A stretch of 64,000 nt of DNA from Halarcobacter sp. (GTDB lineage: Bacteria > Campylobacterota > Campylobacteria > Campylobacterales > Arcobacteraceae), in contig OY781089.1 of assembly GCA_963676565.1 (NCBI GenBank), positions 1,536,001 to 1,600,000 of the forward strand, written 5' to 3'. The notes beneath the pieces were generated by a model that worked only from the letters and a program-made list of their open reading frames with translations, made no database searches and was not told where the DNA came from. Shown one piece after another: positions 28,951 through 39,572 of the stretch. Each line of letters opens with the position of its first letter. Within the stretch, counting starts at the first letter, position 1. A program made the position numbers and the translations under genes.

Positions 28951-28986
28951 ATAATACCTTTGATGGTATTATATGATTTTTTTGTT

Positions 28987-29628
28987 TTATAATTCTGATT
29001 CAATTAGTTTTTTTAGAGGTTCAAAGCCAAATTTTTGTAAAGGTTTACCATTTACTATATAGCCAGGTGTCTTTGTAACCCCCAATTTTTCAGCATCTGC
29101 TAGATCTTGTTTTACTATTTCATCACCTTTTGAACTATTCATAAATTCTCCAAGTTTTTCCATATCTAAACCTTTAACATTTGGAAGTAAATTCCAAAGC
29201 ATATTAGCTTGAACTTCATGATGTTTAATCCATTGTCTTTGCGTTGCAAACATAAATTCTAATGTTTCTATAAATTTACCTTGCTCTCTTGCTCCTTCAA
29301 GCATTTTTACTGCGTAATGAGAATTTTTGTGAAAAGGTGCATATCTAAGTACTATTTTAACATCACCATTATATTTTGTTAACAAAGTTTTTGTTAGATG
29401 ATGAAATTGGGCACAAGTTCCACAAGCTGGGTCAAAGAATTCAACTAATTGAACCTTTGCATCTTTATTACCAATTACATATGAGTAAGGCCTTTGAAAC
29501 AATAAAGCTTGCTCTTTTGCTAAAGCAACACTTTGTTCTGACTGGGCATTTTTATAAAAGTATGCTCCTCCAAAAAAAGCAATTATTAAAACTGCTATTG
29601 AAATAAAAACTAAATTCTTATTTTGCAT
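28987..29628 (-). CDS. DsbA/BdbD-like thioredoxin-fold oxidoreductase
   Basis: N-terminal anchor, EFFDPACGTC, GVTKTP. Confidence 0.9.
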   Translation of the reverse strand: MQNKNLVFISIAVLIIAFFGGAYFYKNAQSEQSVALAKEQALLFQRPYSYVIGNKDAKVQLVEFFDPACGTCAQFHHLTKTLLTKYNGDVKIVLRYAPFHKNSHYAVKMLEGAREQGKFIETLEFMFATQRQWIKHHEVQANMLWNLLPNVKGLDMEKLGEFMNSSKGDEIVKQDLADAEKLGVTKTPGYIVNGKPLQKFGFEPLKKLIESEL

Positions 29629-29652
29629 ATATTCTCCAAGTTTTTTTTATTT

Positions 29653-30069
29653 TTATTTTTTCATTGATATTAATAATATAAAAATTGCTAAGTATGATAC
29701 CATAGATAAAAGTGGAATTGTAACAAATCCAAACCAGTTTATATATTCAGTTGAACAAGGTACTCCGCTAGCACAAGGAACAGCTGATTCTGGAATGATA
29801 CCAAACATCAAAAGGTTATGATAAATTGATATAAGTAAGCCTATAAAAACTAAAGTAAAAGCATATTTAAATACTTTGTCATCAGGGTATAATAGATTAA
29901 CTAAAAATATAAAAACAAGTGGGTACATAAAAATTCTTTGATACCAACACATATTGCATGGAATAAATTGCATTATCTCACTAAAAAATAAACTTCCTAA
30001 TGTAGCAGTTGTTGCAATCAAAAAACATAAAAAAATGATTTTTGAATTTACCTTTGTATTAACGTCCAT
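29653..30069 (-). CDS. dsbB: Disulfide bond formation protein DsbB/BdbC
   Basis: GSLFFSE, PCNMCWYQRIFMYP, second Cys pair, TIP.LS. Confidence 0.92.
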   Translation of the reverse strand: MDVNTKVNSKIIFLCFLIATTATLGSLFFSEIMQFIPCNMCWYQRIFMYPLVFIFLVNLLYPDDKVFKYAFTLVFIGLLISIYHNLLMFGIIPESAVPCASGVPCSTEYINWFGFVTIPLLSMVSYLAIFILLISMKK

Positions 30070-30400
30070 ATCTAACCTCTTTAAAATAAATGAATGCTCA
30101 TAATACTGAAAAAATCTAAATAAAAAGTTAATGTAAAATTAAAAAAATATGTTAAAATATTATATATAATCTAGTTGTCAAACTAACAATTAACGAAGAA
30201 TATAATTTGTTCTTATAATTTTAAAATCATATTTATTTTAAAAGATAAAAAGAAAAACAGATTTTAAACTCTTTGAAATATAGTTTTAGAAGTTAAAGTT
30301 ATATTAAATCTTTTTACATAGCTAAAATCAAATATAAAATATATATTATTTAAAAGCTATTTTTTTAATAAAAATAATTTTCTATTTATTTAGATATTTT

Positions 30401-31546
30401 TTAGTTAAATGCTTTAAATCTATTTCTATTAAAGAAGACAAATAAAAATGCAAAAACTAATAATCCTAAAAACATATAAATTGTAAAATCCCATCCTAGT
30501 TTTGCATAAACAATTGAAGGTATGATAGAACCAACTGCCCCACCTAAATAGTAAAAGCTTAGATACATTCCTGATGTTAAAGCTTTTTGTGAAGCTTTTA
30601 AGGAGTTTGCAATTCTAGTTGAGAGAGTATGAATAGTGAACATCCCAATACAAAATAAGAAAACTAGTGAAAATAAAAATAAAGGTTTAGTTGAAAGAAA
30701 CATACTTGTTGAGATTATAAATAAAAGTATACCAGCCATAATTGCTCTCAACTCTTTTTTAAAAAAGTTTACAATTTTATGTATAAATAAAGATATTAAT
30801 ATACCCATTCCATACCCTAAATATAAAAGCCCAACTTGTGTTTCACTAACATTTGGATCAAGTTCTTTTACCCTAAAAGGAAGGATGTTTAAAAGCCCTG
30901 CAAAAACAAAAAAGATAATAAACATTTGTAAATAGATTATTACAAATCTTTTGTCTTTTAAGATATTTACAATATCTTGAAGTTTTGGTTTAACTAAATT
31001 TGCATCATCTTCAAAATTTAGTGATTTTATAAAATAAAGACTAAATAATAAAGCCAATGATAATGAAAAGAAAACTATTCTCCAACCAAACTCTTCTGCA
31101 ATAAATCCTGAAAAGACTCTTCCAACTAAGCCACCAAAAACAGTTGCAGCAACATAAATTGACATGTTTAATTTTGTATTTTCTTTATCTTTTGCAAGTA
31201 TTGCCATACATCCAGTTAAAATTGCTGGAATTACAATGGCTTCAATGGTTCTTATAGTTAAAAAAAGTTCATAGTTATTTACAAAACCTAAAATTAAATT
31301 TGTAATTAGTAGTATTGAAGAGGCAATTAGAAGTACAGTTTTTATTTTGACTGACTCAAGAATATATCCATAAAAAATTGGTGAAATTGCTAAAAAAAGC
31401 ATTATTACAGCAGTAAAAGATGACGCTTTTACAATAGATACATCAAACTCATTTGATAAAAGTGGTTGTAAAGGTTGTGTTGCATACATAACTGATAGGA
31501 GGATTGTTATAGTATATATAATTATAAAAAGTTCTTTTTTCTTCAT
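30401..31546 (-). CDS. MFS transporter (YnfM-like)
   Basis: MYATQPLQP, GGLVGR..SG, GWR, YLSFYYLGG; about 12 TMs. Confidence 0.9.
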   Translation of the reverse strand: MKKKELFIIIYTITILLSVMYATQPLQPLLSNEFDVSIVKASSFTAVIMLFLAISPIFYGYILESVKIKTVLLIASSILLITNLILGFVNNYELFLTIRTIEAIVIPAILTGCMAILAKDKENTKLNMSIYVAATVFGGLVGRVFSGFIAEEFGWRIVFFSLSLALLFSLYFIKSLNFEDDANLVKPKLQDIVNILKDKRFVIIYLQMFIIFFVFAGLLNILPFRVKELDPNVSETQVGLLYLGYGMGILISLFIHKIVNFFKKELRAIMAGILLFIISTSMFLSTKPLFLFSLVFLFCIGMFTIHTLSTRIANSLKASQKALTSGMYLSFYYLGGAVGSIIPSIVYAKLGWDFTIYMFLGLLVFAFLFVFFNRNRFKAFN

Positions 31547-31603
31547 TATGGAACTATAACAATATTTTCCTAAAAGTGTATATTAAGTTTTTAACTAGTT
31601 ATT

Positions 31604-31951
31604 TTAAAAAACTGCTGCTCCACTTGCCCCCATAACTTCTTTTGCATCATCACTCATCATACTAGGATCCCAAGGTGGATCAAAAGTAAGTTTTACATAG
31701 GCTTCATCAATTTCAGGAACTCCAGAAGTAGCATATTGTACTTGTTCAACAAGTGATTCTGCAACTGGACATGCAGGTGAAGTTAATGTCATCTCTACAT
31801 TTGCATATAGATAGTTTCCATTTTCTTCAAATGTAACACTATATATCAATCCCAAATCATAAATATTTGCAGGAATCTCTGGGTCATAAATATTTCTATA
31901 TCTTTTTTCTAATTCTTCTTTTAATTTTTTTTCTAATTCTTCATTTAACAT
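31604..31951 (-). CDS. sufT: SufT/DUF59 Fe-S maturation protein
   Basis: DPEIP.NIYDLGLIY, MTLTSPACP, FDPPW. Confidence 0.88.
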   Translation of the reverse strand: MLNEELEKKLKEELEKRYRNIYDPEIPANIYDLGLIYSVTFEENGNYLYANVEMTLTSPACPVAESLVEQVQYATSGVPEIDEAYVKLTFDPPWDPSMMSDDAKEVMGASGAAVF

Positions 31952-31968
31952 CTTAAGTCCTCTTATAT

Positions 31969-32373
31969 TTAAGAGTTTGCATACTCTTTTATCTTTTTTA
32001 TCATACCAATTACACCACTTTGTCTATTTGGTGTAATAACTTCACTAAGACCTAATTCATAAACTATATCCATATCTACATCTCTTAAAGTTTGTTTTTC
32101 AAGTCCTGAAAAGACATCTAAAATAATGTAAATTAGGCCCTTTACAATAATTGCATCGGAAGTACCTTTAAAATAAAGTTTTCCATCTCTTTCTTCACAT
32201 ACTAGCCATACTTGAGAGGTACATCCATGAACTATATTATCAGGGGTTTTATACTCATCTTCAAGGGGGTCTAGTTTTTTCCCTAGGTCTATAATATATT
32301 CATATTTTTGTAATTCATCTTCAAAAAAATCTAAATCTTCTTTTATACTTTCAACTTTTTTTTCAATACTCAT
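31969..32373 (-). CDS. sufE: Sulfur acceptor SufE
   Basis: YIIDLGKKL, GCTSQVW, SDAIIVKGL, TPNR..G. Confidence 0.93.
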   Translation of the reverse strand: MSIEKKVESIKEDLDFFEDELQKYEYIIDLGKKLDPLEDEYKTPDNIVHGCTSQVWLVCEERDGKLYFKGTSDAIIVKGLIYIILDVFSGLEKQTLRDVDMDIVYELGLSEVITPNRQSGVIGMIKKIKEYANS

Positions 32374-32385
32374 AGATATTATCCT

Positions 32386-33567
32386 TTACTCTAACATAGT
32401 CAAAGCTCTTTTCAAGCTTTCTATTAATTTGTCCACATCTTTATAATCATTATAAAATGCAAGGGAAACTCTAATTGTCCCTTTTATTCCAAGTTTATTC
32501 ATAATAGGTTGTGCACAATGGTGTCCAACTCTTACTGCAATATCCATTTTATCAAGTAATATTCCTATATCATCATGGGAAATATTCTTAAAATTAAAAC
32601 TTCTACTTGCAATTGAGTTTTCAATGCCATTATAAAAAATTATGTTAGGAAGTTCTCTTAATTTTAAATCTAAATATTGATATACATCTTTTTCTATAGT
32701 TTTTATATTTACATATCCCACTTGACTGATAAATTTCAATGCCTCACCAAAACCAATAACTCCAGCTATATTTTGAGTTCCAGCTTCAAATTTATATGGA
32801 CTTGGTAAAAGTGTAGAACTTTCGTAATCAACTTTATCAATTGTGGCTCCACCTGTTTGATATGGATCAAACTCTTCTAGAAACTTTTCTTTTATATATA
32901 AAGCACCAACTCCAGTTGGCCCAAAGGATTTATGTCCAGAGATTGCAAAAAAATCTACATCTAAAACTTGAACATCTATATTTGTATGGGTTAAACTTTG
33001 TGCTCCATCTATTAAAACAACACCATCATATTTATGTGCTAAGTCAATGATTTTTCTAATATCATGAATTACTCCAAAGGCATTTGAGATATGAGTAATC
33101 GATACAAATGATTTGGGGTTGTTTTCTAAAAGCTTTTCAAAATGAACAAAATCAAAGTTTAAATTATCATCACAATTTACAACTTCTAAACCATTACCTA
33201 GAGTTCTTCCTTGCATATGCCATGGAACAATATTTGAGTGATGTTCTAAGCTAGAGATAATAACTGTTTTAAATTTTTTTGCATATGAAGAAGCAATAAA
33301 ATTTATAGATTCAGTTACACCTTTGGTAAATATAATCTCCTCTTTTGATGATGCATTTATAAACTCTTTTAAAATTTTTCTACTCTCTTCATATTTAGTA
33401 GTAGCTTTATTTGCATCACCAAAAGAACTTCTATGAGTATTAGCACAATACTTTTCATAATATTCAACTTGAGAGTCAATTACACATTTTGGTTTTTGTG
33501 TTGTAGCTCCATTGTCTAAATAAACTGTTTGAGAGTTAGTAAAAAATGGAAAATCTTTTTTAAACAT
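32386..33567 (-). CDS. sufS: Cysteine desulfurase SufS
   Basis: YLDNGATTQKP, EHHSNIVPW, SGHK, RVGHHCAQP. Confidence 0.95.
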   Translation of the reverse strand: MFKKDFPFFTNSQTVYLDNGATTQKPKCVIDSQVEYYEKYCANTHRSSFGDANKATTKYEESRKILKEFINASSKEEIIFTKGVTESINFIASSYAKKFKTVIISSLEHHSNIVPWHMQGRTLGNGLEVVNCDDNLNFDFVHFEKLLENNPKSFVSITHISNAFGVIHDIRKIIDLAHKYDGVVLIDGAQSLTHTNIDVQVLDVDFFAISGHKSFGPTGVGALYIKEKFLEEFDPYQTGGATIDKVDYESSTLLPSPYKFEAGTQNIAGVIGFGEALKFISQVGYVNIKTIEKDVYQYLDLKLRELPNIIFYNGIENSIASRSFNFKNISHDDIGILLDKMDIAVRVGHHCAQPIMNKLGIKGTIRVSLAFYNDYKDVDKLIESLKRALTMLE

Positions 33568-33569
33568 AA

Positions 33570-34397
33570 CTAACCCCTTTTTTGATTTTTAATAAACTCT
33601 TTTATTTTTATATCTTCAATTTTATCGTAAATTTTATTCTCTACAGCTTTTAATAACATATCCCTCGCATTTTCTTTTGAGATACCTCTAGCTTGTAGAT
33701 AAAACATTTGCTCTTCATCTAAACTACCCGTTGTTGCACCATGTGCAGCTTCTAGTTCATCAATATTAATCTCTAAATGTGGCTGTGCAAAAATCACAGC
33801 ATCTTCACTTAAAAGTAAAGTTTCAGAGTTTTGAAATACTTTAGAATTTAAAGCCTTTTCATTTACAATTGATTTTGCATCAAATGTTGCTTTAACCTTA
33901 TCATTTAATAGGTGTTTATAAGCAATATCACTTAATGCATTTGGTGCATTATGTATTGTTCTAAAAATAGATTTAGAATCACTATCATTGTAAATCTTAA
34001 CTAAACCATTTACATTGAAAATTGCATTTTCATTATCTAGTGGTGTTTCATATGTACTTTTTGTAGAACCTTCACCAAACTCTAGGTTTATCATATTTAT
34101 TTTACTTCCCTCACCTAAATTGATTTTGTAGTTAAAGTCAACTACACTTTTTTTATCTAAGGTTTGGTATTTCAAATATTCTAAACTTGCACCATCTTCA
34201 ATAATCAATTCTCTTTCATATTCACCAATTGAATTTCCCCCAGAGAATGTTTCAATTATTGATGCTTTTATTCCCTTTTTTAGTTTTATTCTAATTTTAT
34301 TATGACCCTCTTTTTTCAAATCATATGTGATGACAAGTGGTTCTATTGTATTTTTATCAATTAAAAGTTCTTCGTTTTTCAAATTAATTAGCTTCAT
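33570..34397 (-). CDS. sufD: SufD (short form)
   Basis: PHLEI..DEL.AAHGAT, FYLQARGI; operon position. Confidence 0.88.
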   Translation of the reverse strand: MKLINLKNEELLIDKNTIEPLVITYDLKKEGHNKIRIKLKKGIKASIIETFSGGNSIGEYERELIIEDGASLEYLKYQTLDKKSVVDFNYKINLGEGSKINMINLEFGEGSTKSTYETPLDNENAIFNVNGLVKIYNDSDSKSIFRTIHNAPNALSDIAYKHLLNDKVKATFDAKSIVNEKALNSKVFQNSETLLLSEDAVIFAQPHLEINIDELEAAHGATTGSLDEEQMFYLQARGISKENARDMLLKAVENKIYDKIEDIKIKEFIKNQKRG

Positions 34398-35142
34398 CTT
34401 TAATTCCTATTGCTTCATAACCTTTTGCATCTAATTCAAGTGCAAGGCTATAATCACCAGTTTTTACTATTTTCCCATTATGCATAATATGTACAAAATC
34501 AGGCTTTACAGCAGATAATAGTTTGTCATAGTGTGTAATCATTAAAAGTGATTTTGATTTATCTTTTAATAAATCGTTTACAACATTTGCAACAGTTTTA
34601 ACTGCATCTACATCAAGTCCTGAGTCAATCTCATCAAGCATAATTAAATCAGGTTTTAAAAGTAATAACTGAATTAGTTCATTTCTTTTTTTCTCACCAC
34701 CTGAAAAACCATCATTTAAATCCCTTTGTAAAAGTTTTTTATCGATGTCAAATTTTCCAAGTTCCTCTTTAGTAAGTTTTAGAAAATCCATAGCATCTAA
34801 TTCATCAAGGTTTTCATGTTTTCTTTTTTCATTTATTGCTGTTTTTAAAAAATAGCTATTATTTACACCTGGAACTTCTACTGGGTTTTGAAAACTTAAG
34901 AAAATCCCTTCTTTAGCTCTTTGCGATACATCTAAATCCATTAGATCTTTATCTTTATAAACCATTTTCCCATCAACAACTTCACAATCATAATGATCAC
35001 TTAGTGTTTTTACAAGTGTAGATTTACCTGCACCATTTTGTCCCATAAGAACATGAATCTCACCTGGATTTATCTCTAAATCCAAACCTTTTAAAATCTC
35101 TTTATTATCAATATTTACTTTTAAATCTTTAATACTTAACAT
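34384..35142 (-). CDS. sufC: Fe-S assembly ATPase SufC
   Basis: GQNGAGKST, FQNPVEVPGV, GFSGGEKKRNE, LDEIDSGLD, ITHY. Confidence 0.97.
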   Translation of the reverse strand: MLSIKDLKVNIDNKEILKGLDLEINPGEIHVLMGQNGAGKSTLVKTLSDHYDCEVVDGKMVYKDKDLMDLDVSQRAKEGIFLSFQNPVEVPGVNNSYFLKTAINEKRKHENLDELDAMDFLKLTKEELGKFDIDKKLLQRDLNDGFSGGEKKRNELIQLLLLKPDLIMLDEIDSGLDVDAVKTVANVVNDLLKDKSKSLLMITHYDKLLSAVKPDFVHIMHNGKIVKTGDYSLALELDAKGYEAIGIKDEAN

Positions 35143-36578
35143 TATCCTACACTCCCTTCAAGTGATATACTTAATAACTCTTTAGCTTCTGCTGCAAACT
35201 CCATTGGAAGCTCTTTTAATACTTCTTTACAAAATCCATTTACAATCATTGCAATTGCATCCTCTTCATCTATTCCTCTTTGTTGTAAATAAAACAATTG
35301 CTCATCAGAAATTTTTGATGTAGTTGCTTCATGTTCTATTTTTGCACTAGGGTTTTTTATCTCATGGTATGGGTAAGTATGTGCTTTACAAGTATTACCA
35401 ATTAGAAGTGAATCACACTCAGAAATATTTCTTGCATTTTTTGCTTTTTTCCCAACTCTTACTAATCCTCTATAGGCATTTACACCTTTCATTGCTGAAA
35501 TACCCTTTGAGATAATTGTTGATTTTGTATTTTCACCTAAGTGAATCATTTTAGTTCCAGTATCTGCTTGTTGAGCATGACTTGAAATTGCAACTGAATA
35601 AAATTCACCAACAGAATTTTTACCCTTTAAAACACAAGATGGATATTTCCAAGTTACAAGTGAACCTGTTTCCACTTGAGTCCATGAGATTTTTGAATTC
35701 TCACCTTGACATAAACCCCTTTTTGTAACAAAGTTTAGAATACCACCTTTACCATCATCATCACCTGGATACCAGTTTTGAATAGTTGAATATTTAATTT
35801 GAGCATTATCAAGTGCCACAAGTTCAACAACGGCTGCATGAAGTTGTCTTTCATCCCTTTGTGGAGCTGAACAACCTTCATTATATGATACATATGAGCC
35901 CTCATCACAAATAATAAGTGTTCTTTCAAACTGTCCAGTGTTTAGTGCATTTATTCTAAAATATGTTGATAGTTCCATTGGACATCTAGTATTTGGTGGA
36001 ATATATACAAAACTTCCATCTGTAAAAACTGCACTATTTAAAGCAGCAAAATAATTATCACCTGTACTTACAACTGAAGCTAAATATTTTTTTAATAATT
36101 CTGGGTGATTTTGTGCTGCTTCACTAATAGAACAAAATATAATTCCAAGTTTTTCTAACTCTTCTTGAAAAGTTGTTTTAACTGAAACAGAGTCAAATAC
36201 TGCATCAACTGCAACACCTGCAAGCATTTTTTGCTCTTCAAGTGGAATGCCAAGTTTTTCATATGTTTTTAAAATCTCAGGGTCAACTTCATCTAAACTA
36301 TCAAGTGCTTTTTTTGGCGCAGAATAGTATGAAATATCATTATAATCAATTTGAGGATATCTCAAATTTGCCCAACTAGGCTCTTCCATTTTTTGCCATC
36401 TTTTATATGCTTTTAATCTAAATTCTAATAACCACTCAGGTTCATTTTTCTTTTTTGATATTGCTTTTATTACATCTTCATTTAATCCAACTGGAAAAGT
36501 ATCACTTTCAATTAGTGTTTCAAATCCAAGTTTATATTCTTTTTTTAATATATCTTTTATTTGACTATTGTCGCTCAT
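35142..36578 (-). CDS. sufB: Fe-S scaffold SufB
   Basis: [46 protein letters not shown]. Confidence 0.97.
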   Translation of the reverse strand: MSDNSQIKDILKKEYKLGFETLIESDTFPVGLNEDVIKAISKKKNEPEWLLEFRLKAYKRWQKMEEPSWANLRYPQIDYNDISYYSAPKKALDSLDEVDPEILKTYEKLGIPLEEQKMLAGVAVDAVFDSVSVKTTFQEELEKLGIIFCSISEAAQNHPELLKKYLASVVSTGDNYFAALNSAVFTDGSFVYIPPNTRCPMELSTYFRINALNTGQFERTLIICDEGSYVSYNEGCSAPQRDERQLHAAVVELVALDNAQIKYSTIQNWYPGDDDGKGGILNFVTKRGLCQGENSKISWTQVETGSLVTWKYPSCVLKGKNSVGEFYSVAISSHAQQADTGTKMIHLGENTKSTIISKGISAMKGVNAYRGLVRVGKKAKNARNISECDSLLIGNTCKAHTYPYHEIKNPSAKIEHEATTSKISDEQLFYLQQRGIDEEDAIAMIVNGFCKEVLKELPMEFAAEAKELLSISLEGSVG

Positions 36579-36593
36579 ATCGACTCCTTTTTA

Positions 36594-36618
36594 AAATAGG
36601 ACAAAATTTGTCTTATTT
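36594..36618. promoter_or_regulatory. Palindromic operator upstream of sufB (IscR/Rrf2-like)
   Basis: AAATAGGACAAAATTTGTCTTATTT near-perfect palindrome; 22/25 identical to the nifS site. Confidence 0.75.
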
Positions 36619-36744
36619 GTATAATGTAAATTTAACATATGTTCATTAAAAGAAAATTAAGAGATTTAACTAAGTTTAAAAGATTAAGATTTTGTTTGGA
36701 AATAGGGAGATAAATATTTTTATATAATTTAAATAGTTATTGTT

Positions 36745-36773
36745 TCTTTCAAGGGATAAATACCCTTGAAAGA
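36745..36773 (-). terminator. Hairpin terminator after tsdA
   Basis: TCTTTCAAGGG-ATAAATA-CCCTTGAAAGA, 11-bp stem. Confidence 0.7.
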
Positions 36774-36778
36774 TTTTA

Positions 36779-37705
36779 TTATTTACCAGTTTTGATTTTT
36801 TGTAAATCAAGTCCTAAAGCTTTAAAGTTGCTTTCTACTGTATGTTTTTCTTCTAATACTGCTGAGTTATAGTATCCCATCTCTTCTTTTGGTAATAACA
36901 TTTTTTGAAGGTTAAATGGTGCTCTTTCTTGTGCATCTATAAATAGAACTACATCTGCAACCTCTTGGTCTGTTAAACTTCCACCTTGTCCTAATGGCAT
37001 ATTTGATCTAACCCATGAAGCAGCTTTATCAAGTTTACTCATACCAGCCCCTGTATTGTAGCTTAACCATTTTCCATTTGCATCTTTTCCCCATAATGGA
37101 GGAAATACTGCTACTCCTTCTCCATTTTGTCCATGACATGAAGCACATTTTTTTGCATACACATCTTTACCAGCCAAATAGTTTTCATGTGTTGCTTTTT
37201 TCTGAATTGCTTTAAAGTGTTTTACACCTTTTGGGTATAGTTTTGTATTATGAGTACTCCATGGACCTTTTTCATTCATTTTAAGAGGAGTTCCTTCTGA
37301 TAACCAAGTAATATAAGCTGCGATAGCCATACTAGCTTTAGAATCTACAATAAGTCTTTTACCATTCATACTTCTCATAAAACAGTTATTTGATCTATCT
37401 TGTAAAGATTGAACTGTTTTTTCTCTTTTTGACCAAGCAGGAAATGCTGCAGCTGTACCAACCCAACTAGAAATCCCTTTTCCTGTTCCAACTTTTCCAT
37501 CAGGACCTTTTAAGTGACAACTTTTACATTGTAGTTTATTTCCTACAAAATCTTTTGTTAGAGGATGTGTATCTGTATTATTTACAATGTCCTCACCTAG
37601 TTTTACAAGTTTTCCAACTTCTCCTGCTGGATAATTTTTTGGTGCTAACATTTCATTTGCAAACGAAATTGTTGCCAAAAGTAGTATAGAAATTAAAAAT
37701 TTCAT
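36779..37705 (-). CDS. tsdA: Diheme thiosulfate dehydrogenase / tetrathionate reductase TsdA
   Basis: Signal peptide, CKSCH and CASCH, NNCFMRSMNG (active Cys), PPLWG...YN.GAGM, NMP. Confidence 0.9.
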   Translation of the reverse strand: MKFLISILLLATISFANEMLAPKNYPAGEVGKLVKLGEDIVNNTDTHPLTKDFVGNKLQCKSCHLKGPDGKVGTGKGISSWVGTAAAFPAWSKREKTVQSLQDRSNNCFMRSMNGKRLIVDSKASMAIAAYITWLSEGTPLKMNEKGPWSTHNTKLYPKGVKHFKAIQKKATHENYLAGKDVYAKKCASCHGQNGEGVAVFPPLWGKDANGKWLSYNTGAGMSKLDKAASWVRSNMPLGQGGSLTDQEVADVVLFIDAQERAPFNLQKMLLPKEEMGYYNSAVLEEKHTVESNFKALGLDLQKIKTGK

Positions 37706-37789
37706 TTTTCTTCTCCTTTTAATTTTTAAAATATTAACAATTGAATATAAATTAAAAGTTGGTTTTTAGAAAGTTATTTTAAGAAATTA

Positions 37790-38923
37790 TTAAGAAAATA
37801 TGTATGTGAAGTTTGTCCCTGAGTTTAGTTTTGTCTTTATATCTATTTGTATGTGATTTTTGTCGCAAATATTTTTAACGATATTAAGTCCAATACCAAA
37901 ACCACCTTGAATAGTCTCTTCTCTATGGTATCTATGGAATATTTTTGATGTATCTTTTATCCCTTTTCCAAAATCTTCTACGCTAAAAAGTGTTTGGTTT
38001 TTTGTGTTTTTTCTTAATGATATATTTATTTGTGATGATTCATTGGAATATTTTATAGCATTAGAAATTGTATTATCAATTACTCTTTGAAGTTCGATTC
38101 TATTTATATTAACATTTATATTATCATCAATATTCTCATTTATTGAAATCTTTTTTGAGTAGGCAAGACCTTTAAATATGTCAATTCGTTGTTTTAAAAA
38201 TATAGAAAAATCAAAGTTTTCTTTTGTGTATGAAACTATATCTTGCTTCATAAGATATTCTATATCTTCATAGGTTAGCTGTAGGTTTTTAACTGCATTT
38301 AGTGACCTTTTTACTTCTTTTGATTCTTCATATTTTTCTTCAAGTAATTCTAAATTTAATTGTAATATTCCTAATGGAGTTTTAAGTTCATGCATAGCAT
38401 CATTGAAAAATCTATCTAAGTATTTATTGGCTTTTTTGTATGGTGTAACAGTTTGTTTTAGTATTAAGTAAGCACTTATAAATGTAAATAATCCAACACT
38501 TAAAACTAAGATTGATATTTTTAGATATATTTCATTTAGATTTAGTTTTTTACTTATTACTAGTGTTTTTGCTTTTAATCTATTTTCATTTAGTGTAAAC
38601 TTTTTTGTAATATAGTTTTTATTATCTGAAATTTCTTTATTTGAAGATGCATATATAAGTTTGTTATCATTGTTATAGATATATGCATTTATATTAAAAG
38701 ATTTTGGAAAATAAAAAATATCATTTTTAGAGTTTGTAAAATCATATATAGCTCTTTGTATATTTAAACCATACTGTTTTACAAGATTTTCTTGATTGAG
38801 TTCATAGTTTTTTATTTCACTTTTCGTATAAAAATATGTGGGAATAAAAATTAGTATGATGATAACTAAAGCATAGGCAATAGATAGTTTTATTAGATGG
38901 TTTTTATTTACAAGTTCTTTCAA
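37790..38923 (-). CDS. Sensor histidine kinase
   Basis: Two TMs, DAMHELKTPL, SNAIKYS, DFGKGI, GFGIGL. Confidence 0.93.
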   Translation of the reverse strand: MKELVNKNHLIKLSIAYALVIIILIFIPTYFYTKSEIKNYELNQENLVKQYGLNIQRAIYDFTNSKNDIFYFPKSFNINAYIYNNDNKLIYASSNKEISDNKNYITKKFTLNENRLKAKTLVISKKLNLNEIYLKISILVLSVGLFTFISAYLILKQTVTPYKKANKYLDRFFNDAMHELKTPLGILQLNLELLEEKYEESKEVKRSLNAVKNLQLTYEDIEYLMKQDIVSYTKENFDFSIFLKQRIDIFKGLAYSKKISINENIDDNINVNINRIELQRVIDNTISNAIKYSNESSQINISLRKNTKNQTLFSVEDFGKGIKDTSKIFHRYHREETIQGGFGIGLNIVKNICDKNHIQIDIKTKLNSGTNFTYIFS

Positions 38924-39572
38924 TTTTATAACCTATACCCCTTTTTGTTTCGATAAAATCTTTTGAGGTTTTATCTCTGATGTTTTTTATAAATACTCTA
39001 ATATCAGCCTCATTCATATATTTCCCGTCCCATATCTCTTCTCTTAATTGATTTATACTTACAAAAGAGTTTTTACAACTTATTAGCAAAAAAACTATAT
39101 CTTCCTCTTTTTTTGTAAAATTGATTTTTTCTTCATCTTTAAAAAGTTGTTTTTTTAAAATATCATAAAAGAAGTGATCTTTTATCTTTATTTTTTTATG
39201 GTTAGTATTAAAATAAAATGTTTTTATTAGTTGTTCTATACGATACTTTAACTCTTTTGGCGAAAAAGGTTTTTTTATATAATCATTACAACCTAACTCA
39301 TACCCCATACTAAGATTGTTTATATCAGTTAGTGAAGTTATAAATATAACTGGAATATCATTATTATCTTTTCTTAAAGCTTTTACTATCTCATAGCCAT
39401 TTATTCCAGGAACTCTAATATCTAAAATTAGTAGTTGATAGCTTTTTTCAAAAATTGCATCATAAGCTTCATCCCCATTGTCAAAATCATCAACTTCATA
39501 ATTTAGTGTTTCAAGATACTCTTTAATACTATTTTTATAGTCATAATCATCTTCTAGTAAAAGTATTTTCAT
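38904..39572 (-). CDS. OmpR-family response regulator
   Basis: LLEDD, LDIRVP, GCNDYIKKPF, RGIGY. Confidence 0.95.
   Translation of the reverse strand: MKILLLEDDYDYKNSIKEYLETLNYEVDDFDNGDEAYDAIFEKSYQLLILDIRVPGINGYEIVKALRKDNNDIPVIFITSLTDINNLSMGYELGCNDYIKKPFSPKELKYRIEQLIKTFYFNTNHKKIKIKDHFFYDILKKQLFKDEEKINFTKKEEDIVFLLISCKNSFVSINQLREEIWDGKYMNEADIRVFIKNIRDKTSKDFIETKRGIGYKIERTCK

Noticed and set aside
37755..37790. AAAGTT repeats upstream of tsdA as a regulator box
   Set aside because: The 14-15 bp period is irregular and the motif is too AT-rich to separate from chance.
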